A DNA stretch of 32,000 nucleotides from Candidatus Electronema halotolerans (GTDB taxonomy: Bacteria > Desulfobacterota > Desulfobulbia > Desulfobulbales > Desulfobulbaceae): positions 3,000,001 through 3,032,000 of the forward strand of contig OW818675.1 of assembly GCA_942493095.1 (NCBI GenBank), written 5' to 3'. Positions 1 to 9,087 of this stretch are shown one piece after another (positions within the stretch are counted from its first letter, which is position 1; every line of letters begins with the position of its first letter). The notes below the pieces were generated by a model. It did not search any database. It worked only from the letters and a program-made list of their open reading frames with translations, and had not been told where the DNA came from. Made by a program: the position numbers and the translations under genes.

Positions 1-184
1 CCAAGGGAGCTTTGATGTCTGGATCAGGCTCCACAGTCTTTGGCCTGTTTGCCGACCACACAGCAAAACAGGCTGAACAATGCTGCCACGAATTGAAAAA
101 AGAATACGGACAGACTTTTCTTGTTGCGCCGTTGCTGTAGGAACGGCCCTGTCCGCAGCGAAAATTCGCAAGATTGACAGGCAT

Positions 185-258
185 GGGGTGTCGTCAAGCG
201 GTAAGACACAAGGTTTTGATCCTTGCATTCGGGGGTTCGAATCCTCCCACCCCAGCCA
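185..258 (+). tRNA. tRNA-Gln (anticodon TTG), encoded CCA
   Basis: TGGGGTG acceptor (185-191) pairs with CACCCCA (248-254), followed by G + CCA. Anticodon arm is CAAGG-TTTTGAT-CCTTG; T arm GGGGGTTCGAATCCTCC is present. Confidence 0.96.
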
Positions 259-293
259 TCTTTGCGCAGGAAGCAGTGCGATAAGGAATTGAA

Positions 294-1232
294 ATGCCCA
301 ATATAATGAAGGTATTCACCGGCAACGCCAACCCGGAGATTGCGCGGGAAATCTGCAATTATTTGGACATGCCGCTCTCCAGTGCCGAGGTGCGGAAGTT
401 CAGCGACGGCGAGATTTCCGTTGAGATCGGCGAAAATGTGCGGGGCACGGATGTCTTTGTCATCCAGCCCACCTGCACCCCGGTCAACGATCACCTGATG
501 GAGCTGGTGATCATCGTTGATGCGCTGCGCCGGGCTTCAGCGCGGCGGATCACCGCTGTTCTGCCCTATTACGGCTATGCCCGCCAAGACCGGAAAATCC
601 GGCCACGGGTGCCCATCACCGCCAAGGTGGTGGCGGAAATGCTGATGGCGGTCGGCACGAGAAGGGTGCTCTGCATGGACCTTCATGCCGGACAGATTCA
701 GGGTTTTTTCACCATTCCGGTGGATCATCTGTATTCCTCCCCGATCATGCTGGAACACATCCGCAAGAATTTTGACGACGTGGTCATGGTTTCGCCGGAT
801 GCGGGCGGTGTGGAGCGCACCCGCGCCTTTGCCAAGCGGCTCAATGCGGATTTAGCCATTATTGACAAGCGGCGCGAGCGGGCCAATGAATGCGAGGCCA
901 TGAATGTCATCGGCAACGTGAACGGCAAAACCGCCATTCTCTTGGATGACATGGTCGATACCGCAGGCACCCTTTGCGGCGCGGCGGCCAAGCTCAAGGA
1001 AAAAGGGGCGAAAGAAGTTCACGCCTGCTGCGCCCATGCCGTGCTTTCCGGGCCAGCCATTGAGCGGATCAACAATTCGGAAATCAAATCGCTGGTGGTG
1101 ACCAATTCCATCCCTCTGGGCGACAAAGGCGAACGTTGTCCCAAGATTAAAGTGCTTTCTGTGGGCGAGCTGCTGGGCGAGGCGATCAGCCGCATTCATT
1201 CTGAGGACTCAGTCAGCTACCTCTTTGTCTGA
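294..1232 (+). CDS. prs: ribose-phosphate pyrophosphokinase
   Basis: 312-aa ORF with PRPP synthetase motifs: [49 protein letters not shown]. Confidence 0.97.
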   Translation: MPNIMKVFTGNANPEIAREICNYLDMPLSSAEVRKFSDGEISVEIGENVRGTDVFVIQPTCTPVNDHLMELVIIVDALRRASARRITAVLPYYGYARQDRKIRPRVPITAKVVAEMLMAVGTRRVLCMDLHAGQIQGFFTIPVDHLYSSPIMLEHIRKNFDDVVMVSPDAGGVERTRAFAKRLNADLAIIDKRRERANECEAMNVIGNVNGKTAILLDDMVDTAGTLCGAAAKLKEKGAKEVHACCAHAVLSGPAIERINNSEIKSLVVTNSIPLGDKGERCPKIKVLSVGELLGEAISRIHSEDSVSYLFV

Positions 1233-1340
1233 GCCGCCTTGCCGCGCAGAGAAGATGGACAGAGATATTGCAGCCAGGACTGGTGCCTGCGCTGAAAAAA
1301 GAGTTTCTCGACATATTTTGATGAACTGGAGAACAAGATC

Positions 1341-1895
1341 ATGATTCAGGTGAACATGTCGGCTGCAAAGCGGACGGCGTTTGGCAAAGGCGAGTGCCGT
1401 CGGCTGCGCATGGCGAAAAAGACCCCGGCGGTGATTTACAGCAAGGGTGAGCCAAGCCTGCCCCTGCTGTTCGATGAGACAGTCCTGTACAAAGACCTGC
1501 TTTTCATCCACCGCCGCAACGCGGTGGTCACGCTGCATGTTGAAGGGGATGAGAAAGAGAGCCGTCATGCCATGGTTCAGGAAATTCAGAAAGCTCCGGC
1601 AGTGGAGCGGGTCCTGCATGTGGATTTTCTGGAAATTGACCTGAACAAGCCGGTCTGCTTGGAAGTGCCTTTGCAGGTTACTGGCACCGCCAAGGGCGTG
1701 GAAATGGGCGGCGACCTGACCGTGACCAAGTCGTCAGTCACGCTGCGCGGCTGTCCTTTGGACATTCCTGATGAGATTGTCGCTGACGTGACCGCCTTGG
1801 ACAAGGGCGACCATCTGACCTGCTCCGCCCTCACCGTTCCAGCCAAGGTGGAGATGCTCGACGATCCGGCCACGGTCTGCGCCTCAGTGGCCTGA
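1341..1895 (+). CDS. rplY: 50S ribosomal protein L25 / general stress protein Ctc
   Basis: 184-aa ORF with L25/CTC-like organisation (PAVIYSKGE, ERVLHVDFLEIDLNKPV, VEMLDDPATVCASV); directly downstream of prs, the usual order. Confidence 0.93.
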   Translation: MIQVNMSAAKRTAFGKGECRRLRMAKKTPAVIYSKGEPSLPLLFDETVLYKDLLFIHRRNAVVTLHVEGDEKESRHAMVQEIQKAPAVERVLHVDFLEIDLNKPVCLEVPLQVTGTAKGVEMGGDLTVTKSSVTLRGCPLDIPDEIVADVTALDKGDHLTCSALTVPAKVEMLDDPATVCASVA

Positions 1896-1953
1896 CCCAA
1901 GCCGCACAGACTTTTCTGTCCGCATTCCACCTGCCTTGCGGGCAGCATTGAGA

Positions 1954-1989
1954 AACCGGAAGAACCTGCTTGGTTCCTCCGGTTTTTTT
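1954..1989 (+). terminator. rho-independent terminator after rplY
   Basis: AACCGGAAGAACC-TGCTT-GGTTCCTCCGGTT stem followed by a T-rich tract. Confidence 0.8.
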
Positions 1990-2296
1990 ATGGGCAAGAC
2001 TGAGGGTGATGCAAGTTCCGGCCTGCGGCAGGTTCGATGTGAGCGTAAGGAATCTGTCAACCATCCCCGTCAGGCTGCGCCAGCGGAGCAAGGGCAGAAG
2101 AAGCCTGCCGGGGCAGCAAGGAAGCTGTTGGATTTGATGGAGAGGAAGGGGATTGAGGTGCTGATTTGAAATGCTGAATCCAGCAGGCGGTGAATTCGGC
2201 GTACGATTTTCTATGAGCAAAGGAAGCCGTTCATTCGCACTCTGCGACACTGATAGAGGACAGCGGCGCAGCGAGCCGGGCCGCGCTTGCAGCAGC

Positions 2297-2938
2297 TTAT
2301 TGCGGAGAATGTGCAGGAGTTTTGCGCCCTGTTGTGACCTGCTTGGAAAGCTCTGGCAATATATAAATTGTGCGAAGAATGTTTTCCGCGATTTCAAGCG
2401 CAGCTACAAGTTCACGCGGTTTTGCAGATGTAATTTCATGCGCGGCAGCATTGCCCAGAAATCGGTGAGTGTGAAGAATGTCGGCCTGTGCTTTTGATAA
2501 AACACCATTGGTCGCCAGCCCGTTAATAAGCTGTTCGAGGTTGTGGCCATCAATCCCTTGGTCTCTGCAAATCGACTCAATCAATGCTCGCAACCCGATG
2601 CCAGAGAGAACTGGAAGTTGCGCATTCATAGAACTGATGATCTCTTTGTAAATGAGCCGAACTTTGAAAGGTAGTTCGTACACGTCATCTATTGGCTTTA
2701 GCTCGGAAGATCCCTGTGGATACGTTGTCAATATTGGATACCACTCACCGGTATCTGTGTCCCTGTTGTTGTCATACCATTCTTCAATCGCATAATTAAA
2801 CGCCTCACAACCGGCGCACCTAGCGAAGTAATGAGTTTCACCCGATTTGGAATCGTCGGGATCAGGAGAGGAAACGTTTTCTTGAATCAGCACGTTGTGG
2901 TTTGTGTGCTTACCGCATTGGTGACAGAATATCTTCAT
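2297..2938 (-). CDS. DUF4145 domain-containing protein
   Basis: 213-aa ORF with N-terminal zinc-ribbon-like CHQCGKHTNH...CAGCEAFNY and C-terminal GIGLRALIESICRDQGI...FLGNAAAHE. Confidence 0.75.
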   Translation of the reverse strand: MKIFCHQCGKHTNHNVLIQENVSSPDPDDSKSGETHYFARCAGCEAFNYAIEEWYDNNRDTDTGEWYPILTTYPQGSSELKPIDDVYELPFKVRLIYKEIISSMNAQLPVLSGIGLRALIESICRDQGIDGHNLEQLINGLATNGVLSKAQADILHTHRFLGNAAAHEITSAKPRELVAALEIAENILRTIYILPELSKQVTTGRKTPAHSPQ

Positions 2939-3063
2939 GGTTGAAACCTTAGCAAAAGTAAAACTGTATAATCATCCAGCTTACAGCGCACACCTTCCCA
3001 ATTCAACAGAGAAAATCCCCCTCAGCACCACCCCGTCCATACGCCCATCAAGGCCGGGCTTCC

Positions 3064-3245
3064 ACTCCATGCTGCCATGCAGAAAATCTCGATGCATGCA
3101 TGAAGGAAATCTCAAAGCAAGCATAGAGTGACTCTCCATGCTGCGTTGGAGAGAGGCTCAAACGTAGCATGGAGGATGTCTCCAACGTAGCATCGAAAAT
3201 CTTTCCATGCATGCATGGAAATTTTCTGTATGCATGCATCGACTT
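3064..3245. repeat. cluster of nested/dispersed inverted repeats (ATGCATGC- and ACGTAGCAT-type)
   Basis: CGATGCATGCAT (3091-3102) inverted to ATGCATGCATCG (3231-3242). 20-bp perfect palindrome TTTCCATGCATGCATGGAAA (3203-3222). ATGCTGCGTTGGAGA (3139-3153) inverted to TCTCCAACGTAGCAT (3180-3194). Confidence 0.75.
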
Positions 3246-3261
3246 TTCCCGCCGCCTTCCC

Positions 3262-6200
3262 TCACTCCACCCGCCGACACAGCTCCTCGGCCTTTTTCCT
3301 CTGAGCATCCAGCCGCTTTTCTGAGACCGGCAAGGCCGTGCCGATTTCCGGGGCAAAGACCGAGACCTTGAATTCTTCTGTCATCCTGCGGAACAAGGCC
3401 AGCTCCTCGTGGCAGGCAGGGCAGCGCGGGCCGCTGTTTTCCTGCATCAGCCGCCGAAGCTGCTCCACAAAGGGCTGCACCCGCTTCGCCTTCTCGTCAT
3501 CCTTGAGCGGCCCATGCTCGGCCCGCTCAATGCGCTTGGCAAGGGCCAGCAGCCAGCGTTTGCGGTCAGGCAGCTCGGCCAGAGGCAGCTTGGCAAGAAA
3601 GTCCTGCGGCACCAAGCCCTCAAGAAGCTGCTGATATTCGGCAAAGCGGGTTTGGCCGCTGCCGATCTTGCCGCTCCGCTGGCGGCACTGAGTAAGCACG
3701 GTTTGCACCTGCCTGCGCGTTGCGAGCAAGTCAGCAATCTGGTTGAGCATTGCCAGTGCTTGCCGCCGCAAGCCTTGCTCTTTCAAGGCAGCGACTGTGG
3801 CGGCAAACTGGGCCTTGCTCGGCAGGCCGTCCAGCTCGTTCAATTGGAACAAGCTGTCCAAGATGCAATTGCGCAGCAGCTCTACAGTTGCCGCCGCACC
3901 GCCCTTCAAGCCGAGCGAGAGCCACGAAGCGGTCTGCCCGGTCACCGCCGCTTTGCATTCCTTGTTTATTGCCGGAATCTCACCGGGAAACTGGAGGCCG
4001 TAGAGGAAACGCAGCCCGGCTTGGCAGAGGCTCCTTGCCTGCTCCGGGTCAGGGATGTAGCGCAGGGCTGCGCTCTGGGGCTGGCCGTTCTTTTCCTCAA
4101 GGAACAGAGCGGGATGATAGAGGCCGGTGATATGTTTCTGTCCATCTTTGACCGGCACAGGCTGGGGCGGCGGATCAAAGTCCCAGCTCGTGAGGCCGCT
4201 GCTTGAGGGCAGCTTGGACGTGCTGCTGGCAGGCGCACCGCCTTTGGCATGACTGACCTTTGGCATGGCGCAGTGCTCGGTCAGTTCTTGGAAAGTGCGG
4301 GTGCAGCAAAGTGTCTGCCCTTTCTCATCGCACAAGCGGAAACGCATCCGCAGATGCAGGGGCAAGTTGTCTAACTGCCAATCCGCCCGCGTCACGGTCA
4401 TCTGAAAACGGCGCAGAATCACCTGTTCCAAGGCCGGATAGAGCGAGCCTTGGCCGACAGCCAGACTGTCCAAAATCGCATCCGCCGCATCGGGCAGGGG
4501 CACAAGCTGGCGGCGCAGACGCTTGGGCAGACTCTTGAGCAAGGCCAAGACCTTGTCCGGCAGCAGGCCCGGCACCAGCCACTCGAACTGCACCGGCGAG
4601 AGGGCGGCGCAGCAGGATGCGGGAATATCGACCGTCACGCCGTCATCCTCCTGGCCGGGCTGGAAGCAGTAGTGCAGCTTGAGGCGGCCCTGCGGCGTTT
4701 GCAGGGTCTCAGGAAAGCGGTACAACGCCTCGCTGTCCGGCTGCTTGCGGCAGACATCCTCCTCTTTCATGCGCAGAAAGGCATCCGCCTCGCCGCCCGC
4801 CTGCCGCTGCTTGGCCTTGTTGCGGAGAAAACGGTTGAGGGTGAAGCGGTCATAAACGAGGCCAAGCCGCTGGTCGTAGAAATCAAACAGGGCCTGCTCA
4901 TCGGTGATCGTGCCGCGCCGCCGGAGCCGCTCCTCCATTTCCTCCAAGCGGCGCAGCAGGTCGAGATTGTGCTGCAAAAAGGGATATGCACCCTCCAGCT
5001 CGCCGGGCAGCAGGGCCTCACGGATGAAGATCGTCCGCGCCTCCTCAGCCGTCTGCTGGCTGATGCGGCCATAGTTGACCTTGCGGTTCGCCGCAATGAT
5101 CAGGCCGAAAAGCGTCACCTTTTCCAAGGCCACGACTTGCCCGGCCTTCTTCTCCCAGTGCGGGTCAGAGTAGGAGCGTTTGCACAAGTCGCCGCCGAGC
5201 CGCTCCAGCCAACTCACGTCGATATTCGCAGCCATGCGGGCAAAGAGCTGCGAGGTCTGGACAAAGTCGGTCGCCACAATCCACTGGCCGCCCTTGTTAT
5301 AGAGATGCGAGCCGGGGAAGATCACGGCCTCGCGGTTGCCAGTGATTTGATAAGTGTTCTTCTCCTTTTTTATGGCAATATTGCGGAGAAAACCGGCAGT
5401 GATCGCCTGATGCACCGCCTCTGGAGGCGCAGGCGCAGCCTCGTTCTCCTCCATTCGCGCCAAGGCCGGGCCGAATTCTTCGTGCTGCTTGAGAATGCGG
5501 AGGATTTGCTCGTGGATGTCAAACCACTCCCGCATTCGCTGCCATGAGCAGAAATTGGCAGTGCAGAAGCGGCGTAATTCACCCGCCGTAGGGGCGGTTC
5601 GTGAACCGCCCCTACAAGCATTCCATATATTCACCAGCGTCAACAGATCAGAGCCGGGCGCGGCAAACTGGAGATGCGCCTGCCGCGCCTTCTCCTTCTT
5701 CTCCGCCGGGACAATGCGCGGGTCTTGAATAGCCAAGGCCGCCGCAATGATGCTCACTTCCCGCAGCGCGCCCAAGTCCGCGCTCTCAATAATCATCCGG
5801 GATATACGCGGATCAATGGGCAGCCGGGCCATGATCCTGCCGCGCTTGGTCAGGCGATGCTCCGGCGTGACTGCGCCCAGTTCCCGCAAGGTGCGGTAGG
5901 CTTCGCTGACAGCCTGTGATGCGGGCGGATCGAGAAAAGGAAACTGGCTCGGCGGCGGCAGGTGCAGCGCGGTCATCTGGAGGATGACTTCGGCTAAGTT
6001 GGAGCGCAGTATCTCCGGTAAGGTAAAATCCGGGCGGGAAAGGAAATCCTCCTCGCTATAGAGGCGGATGCAGCGGCCCGGCCCGATGCGCCCGCAGCGG
6101 CCAGCCCGCTGGCGGCAGCTCGCCTGCGAGACCCGCGTCACCGGCAGGCTGGTGGTGCCGGAACGCGGGCTGTAACGGGAGATGCGGGCCAGGCCGGTGT

Positions 6201-7176
6201 CAATCACTGTCTCGATGCCCGGCACGGTGATCGAGGTCTCGGCCACATTGGTGGCGACAATGATCTTGCGGACTTGCGCGGGCTGAAAGATGCGCCGCTG
6301 CTCGCCGCCTTGGAGACGGCCAAAGAGCGGCAGCACCAGTGCCTGATCTTGGAACTGCTTTTTGAGCACGTCGGCAGTATCAAGGATGTCGCGTTCCGTG
6401 GGCATGAAGATGAGAATATCGCCGCCCGGCTTGCTCATCACCCGGCGCACCTGCTCAATGATTAATTCGCTCAGGTCTTTGGCCTCGTCGTCCTCGTCCG
6501 AATCCGCGCCCGGCGGACAGTATTCCATCGTCACCGGATAGGTTCTTCCCTCGACCTGAATAATCGGCGCATCACTGAAATGCCTGCTGAACTTCTCGGT
6601 GTCAATGGTCGCAGATGAGATGAGCAGCTTCAGATCGGGCCGCCGGGCCAGCAATTGGTGCAAATAGCCGAGGAGAAAGTCAATGTTCAGGCTGCGTTCA
6701 TGGGCCTCGTCAATAATCAGGGTGTCGTAACGGCGCAGGTCGCGGTCGCCCTGCGTTTCAGCGAGCAGCACCCCGTCAGTCATGAACTTGATCCGGGTCT
6801 GCGGCCCGGTGCGGTCGCTGAAACGAATCTTGTAGCCAACCAGCTCGGCGGCACCCAGCTCCTCCTGCACCCGCTCAGTGACAGAGACCGCAGCAATGCG
6901 GCGCGGCTGGGTGCAGCCGATCAGACACCGGCCTGCTGCCCGGCCCGCTTCCAAGCACATTTTGGGCAACTGGGTTGTCTTGCCGGAGCCGGTGTCGCCC
7001 GCAACAACCACGACCTGATGTTCTTGGACAGCGCGGATGATTTCATCCTTGCGGGCGGTGATGGGAAGCTGGGCTGGGTAGTGGATGCGCATGAGAAACG
7101 GGCTGATTGAGCGGAATGAAGCGGAGATGGATTGCCTTTGCGCTGCCACTATACGGTGTTCCGGCATTGAAGGCAA
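3262..7176 (-). CDS. hrpA: ATP-dependent RNA helicase HrpA (DEAH box, DUF3418 C-terminus)
   Basis: 1304-aa ORF with VVVVAGDTGSGKTTQLPK, DEAH, SATIDTEKFS, QRAGRCGRIGPGRCIRLY. A more conventional start may be the internal Met at about 7092 (MRIHYPAQLPITARKDEII). Confidence 0.95.
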   Translation of the reverse strand: MPSMPEHRIVAAQRQSISASFRSISPFLMRIHYPAQLPITARKDEIIRAVQEHQVVVVAGDTGSGKTTQLPKMCLEAGRAAGRCLIGCTQPRRIAAVSVTERVQEELGAAELVGYKIRFSDRTGPQTRIKFMTDGVLLAETQGDRDLRRYDTLIIDEAHERSLNIDFLLGYLHQLLARRPDLKLLISSATIDTEKFSRHFSDAPIIQVEGRTYPVTMEYCPPGADSDEDDEAKDLSELIIEQVRRVMSKPGGDILIFMPTERDILDTADVLKKQFQDQALVLPLFGRLQGGEQRRIFQPAQVRKIIVATNVAETSITVPGIETVIDTGLARISRYSPRSGTTSLPVTRVSQASCRQRAGRCGRIGPGRCIRLYSEEDFLSRPDFTLPEILRSNLAEVILQMTALHLPPPSQFPFLDPPASQAVSEAYRTLRELGAVTPEHRLTKRGRIMARLPIDPRISRMIIESADLGALREVSIIAAALAIQDPRIVPAEKKEKARQAHLQFAAPGSDLLTLVNIWNACRGGSRTAPTAGELRRFCTANFCSWQRMREWFDIHEQILRILKQHEEFGPALARMEENEAAPAPPEAVHQAITAGFLRNIAIKKEKNTYQITGNREAVIFPGSHLYNKGGQWIVATDFVQTSQLFARMAANIDVSWLERLGGDLCKRSYSDPHWEKKAGQVVALEKVTLFGLIIAANRKVNYGRISQQTAEEARTIFIREALLPGELEGAYPFLQHNLDLLRRLEEMEERLRRRGTITDEQALFDFYDQRLGLVYDRFTLNRFLRNKAKQRQAGGEADAFLRMKEEDVCRKQPDSEALYRFPETLQTPQGRLKLHYCFQPGQEDDGVTVDIPASCCAALSPVQFEWLVPGLLPDKVLALLKSLPKRLRRQLVPLPDAADAILDSLAVGQGSLYPALEQVILRRFQMTVTRADWQLDNLPLHLRMRFRLCDEKGQTLCCTRTFQELTEHCAMPKVSHAKGGAPASSTSKLPSSSGLTSWDFDPPPQPVPVKDGQKHITGLYHPALFLEEKNGQPQSAALRYIPDPEQARSLCQAGLRFLYGLQFPGEIPAINKECKAAVTGQTASWLSLGLKGGAAATVELLRNCILDSLFQLNELDGLPSKAQFAATVAALKEQGLRRQALAMLNQIADLLATRRQVQTVLTQCRQRSGKIGSGQTRFAEYQQLLEGLVPQDFLAKLPLAELPDRKRWLLALAKRIERAEHGPLKDDEKAKRVQPFVEQLRRLMQENSGPRCPACHEELALFRRMTEEFKVSVFAPEIGTALPVSEKRLDAQRKKAEELCRRVE
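5588..5615. repeat. 28-bp palindromic repeat inside the hrpA coding sequence
   Basis: GTAGGGGCGGTTC-GT-GAACCGCCCCTAC: 13-bp perfect arms, read in-frame by hrpA. Same family as the palindrome at 12049-12076. Confidence 0.85.
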
Positions 7177-7260
7177 AGGGAATGCGCAATGCTGCTGTTT
7201 CTCTGCCGCGTATCATCCAAGAATGAAAGCGAAACACCAGAAAACCTTGACCGCCATTGT

Positions 7261-8148
7261 GGTAATGGTGAATCATGAGTGATGGGTTGAAAATATGTTG
7301 AAATTGCTGAAAAATATAATATACTGGCGACAGGGGATGCTCTCTGTCCCATCGGCTCTTCGTCGGATGCGCATGTTAAGCCTTCATTATGAATAAAACA
7401 AACATGGAGAAGAAAGCTGTGCAATGCCCAAGATGTGGTTCATCGGTCATTGTGAAAAATGGCTCAAATGCGAATGGAAAAAAGAAATTTTTATGTAAGG
7501 ACTGCTCACGCCAATTCGTTGAGAATCCTCAGAACAAAACAATATATAATGCTGAATGGCGCATAGTTGATAAGCTTCTTGTTGAAAGAATCTCCTTGGC
7601 TGGGATTGCGAGAGCCGTTTCCATCTCAAAAAGATGGCTTCAGGAATATGTTAAAAAAAAACGAAATGAAGTCAAAAAAGAGGCTTTCAATATGTCCCGC
7701 AACGGAAAAATCTTCATCGAAGCCGATGAAATGTGGACTTTCGTTGGTGACAAGGAAAATGATATTTGGATATGGCTTGCTATCGAGAGAAGAACAAAGC
7801 TTATTGTCGGGTATCATGTTGGAAAAAGAGATAATGCAGGAGCAGCCGCCTTGTGGGACTCCCTTTCTGAAGATTGCAAAAAGAACGGAATATTTTTTAC
7901 GGATGGACTCGCCGCTTATTCGAGCGTGTTTCCAGCTGAAAGGCATAGAATTGTCAGCAAAGGAAGCGGAAAAACAAGTCATATCGAAAGGCTCAATTTG
8001 ACATTCAGACAAAGATTGTCTGCACTTGTCAGAAAGACCATTTCATTTTCGAGAAGCATCGAAAATTTAACTGCATCTGTCTGGAGGTTCATTCAAGATT
8101 ATAATAATAATCTTTTGTTTAATTGATCACTCACAGTTCACCATCACC
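7261..8148 (+). mobile_element. IS1-family insertion sequence
   Basis: Transposase ORF bounded by 23-bp imperfect inverted repeats: 7261-7283 GGTAATGGTGAATCATGAGTGAT and the reverse complement of 8126-8148, GGTGATGGTGAACTGTGAGTGAT. No direct target duplication visible. Confidence 0.8.
7389..8126 (+). CDS. IS1-family transposase (single-ORF form)
   Basis: CPRCGSSVIVKNG...CKDC zinc ribbon, EADEMWTFVGDKENDIWIW, FTDGLAAYSSVFP, HIERLNLTFRQRLSALVRKTISFSRS. Confidence 0.92.
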   Translation: MNKTNMEKKAVQCPRCGSSVIVKNGSNANGKKKFLCKDCSRQFVENPQNKTIYNAEWRIVDKLLVERISLAGIARAVSISKRWLQEYVKKKRNEVKKEAFNMSRNGKIFIEADEMWTFVGDKENDIWIWLAIERRTKLIVGYHVGKRDNAGAAALWDSLSEDCKKNGIFFTDGLAAYSSVFPAERHRIVSKGSGKTSHIERLNLTFRQRLSALVRKTISFSRSIENLTASVWRFIQDYNNNLLFN

Positions 8149-8248
8149 GTTTATGCTGCTTCTCGGCCTACTCCAGCACTTGGTCGAATTTGCTTTGGCC
8201 GGGCGGTTGCACAAGGCAAGCCTCTTAGCTTTCAAATCTTTTGAGAGC

Positions 8249-8285
8249 CATATATTTTCAACTCATCACTCGCGATTCACCATTA
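8249..8285 (-). repeat. additional IS1-type terminus (34/37 identical to 7261-7297, inverted)
   Basis: Reverse complement of 8249-8285 is GGTAATGGTGAATCGCGAGTGATGAGTTGAAAATATG; 7261-7297 is GGTAATGGTGAATCATGAGTGATGGGTTGAAAATATG. Confidence 0.85.
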
Positions 8286-8312
8286 CCCCTGCGCTTGGAA
8301 CTTGAATTCAGC

Positions 8313-8939
8313 ATGGAATCCATCATCACCTACGGCATCATCTATCTGCTCATCTTCCGACTGGCTGTGCTCGTGCTGGGCGGACTGAGCATCTTTTACG
8401 GCTACCGGCTCTTTCTGAGCAACGGGCAACAGGCAGGCCAGACTGCTGATCAGGGCGGCGAGCTGCACGGTAAGATCAACAGCAGCGAACTGACGATCAA
8501 GAGCACTGCGCCGGGCATTTTCTTCTCCGCCTTCGGCGCGGCCATTGTCATTGCCGTGCTGGCTGGCAGTCAGCCGGATGTCACGTACAATGAGAAGCAG
8601 CACAGTCCGCAGACCGGGGAGACCGTTCAGGAGAGCAGCATTTCCCTGCGCAGTCTGCCACCGAGCAGTGCTGTGTCCGCAGATGCGGGCACGGCAAGCT
8701 ACAGCCGGGTTGTCCGCGACCTTCCTCAAGCCATTGATGAACTCAAGACCGCTGTCAGTTTGGCCCCGGACAACCCGGATTACCGCGACCTGCTGGCCCG
8801 GCTCCTCTTTGCCTGGGGAGAGCCGGACAAGGCGGCGGCAGAGCAGCGGCGGGCCGTGGATAAGGTTGATGCGGCGCGCAAGGCGGACTTCCGAGCCAGA
8901 CTGGACCTGTATGAGCAGGCAGCGCGGGCAGGGGCATGA
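8313..8939 (+). CDS. membrane protein with C-terminal tetratricopeptide-like region
   Basis: Start taken at MESIITYGIIY; two hydrophobic segments, then AIDELKTAVSLAPDNPDYRDLLARLLFAWGEPDKAAAEQRRAV (TPR-like). Confidence 0.65.
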   Translation: MESIITYGIIYLLIFRLAVLVLGGLSIFYGYRLFLSNGQQAGQTADQGGELHGKINSSELTIKSTAPGIFFSAFGAAIVIAVLAGSQPDVTYNEKQHSPQTGETVQESSISLRSLPPSSAVSADAGTASYSRVVRDLPQAIDELKTAVSLAPDNPDYRDLLARLLFAWGEPDKAAAEQRRAVDKVDAARKADFRARLDLYEQAARAGA

Positions 8940-8960
8940 AGTATCCCTGCCGCATCGCCT

Positions 8961-9080
8961 CCGGTATGCCCCTGCGCATACACCCTCGTATGCCCCTGCT
9001 CATACACCCCCGTATGCCGAGGCGCATACGCCTCCGTATGCCCCTGCGCATACACCCCCGTATGACGGGGGGCATACCGT
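8961..9080. repeat. five tandem 24-bp units, each with an internal hairpin
   Basis: Units at 8961, 8985, 9009, 9033 and 9057, consensus YCCGTATGCCCCTGCGCATACACC. Each has GTATG...CATAC arms around a variable loop. Confidence 0.88.
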
Positions 9081-9087
9081 CCGGCAT

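Noticed and set aside
24-494. 156-aa minus-strand ORF at the window start
   Set aside because: It runs across the clearly folded tRNA-Gln and antisense into prs; composition looks spurious.
1936-2169. 77-aa ORF after rplY
   Set aside because: Its first codons are the stem and T tract of the rplY terminator; no recognisable domain.
2171-2497. 108-aa plus-strand ORF
   Set aside because: Overlaps antisense the well-supported DUF4145 gene; no domain signal.
3409-4206. Long plus-strand ORFs within hrpA (also 4450..5547)
   Set aside because: Antisense shadow ORFs of a GC-rich helicase gene with intact conserved motifs on the minus strand.
8961-9080. CRISPR array interpretation of the 24-bp repeats
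   Set aside because: Units are contiguous with no spacers and no cas genes nearby; better described as tandem hairpin repeats.
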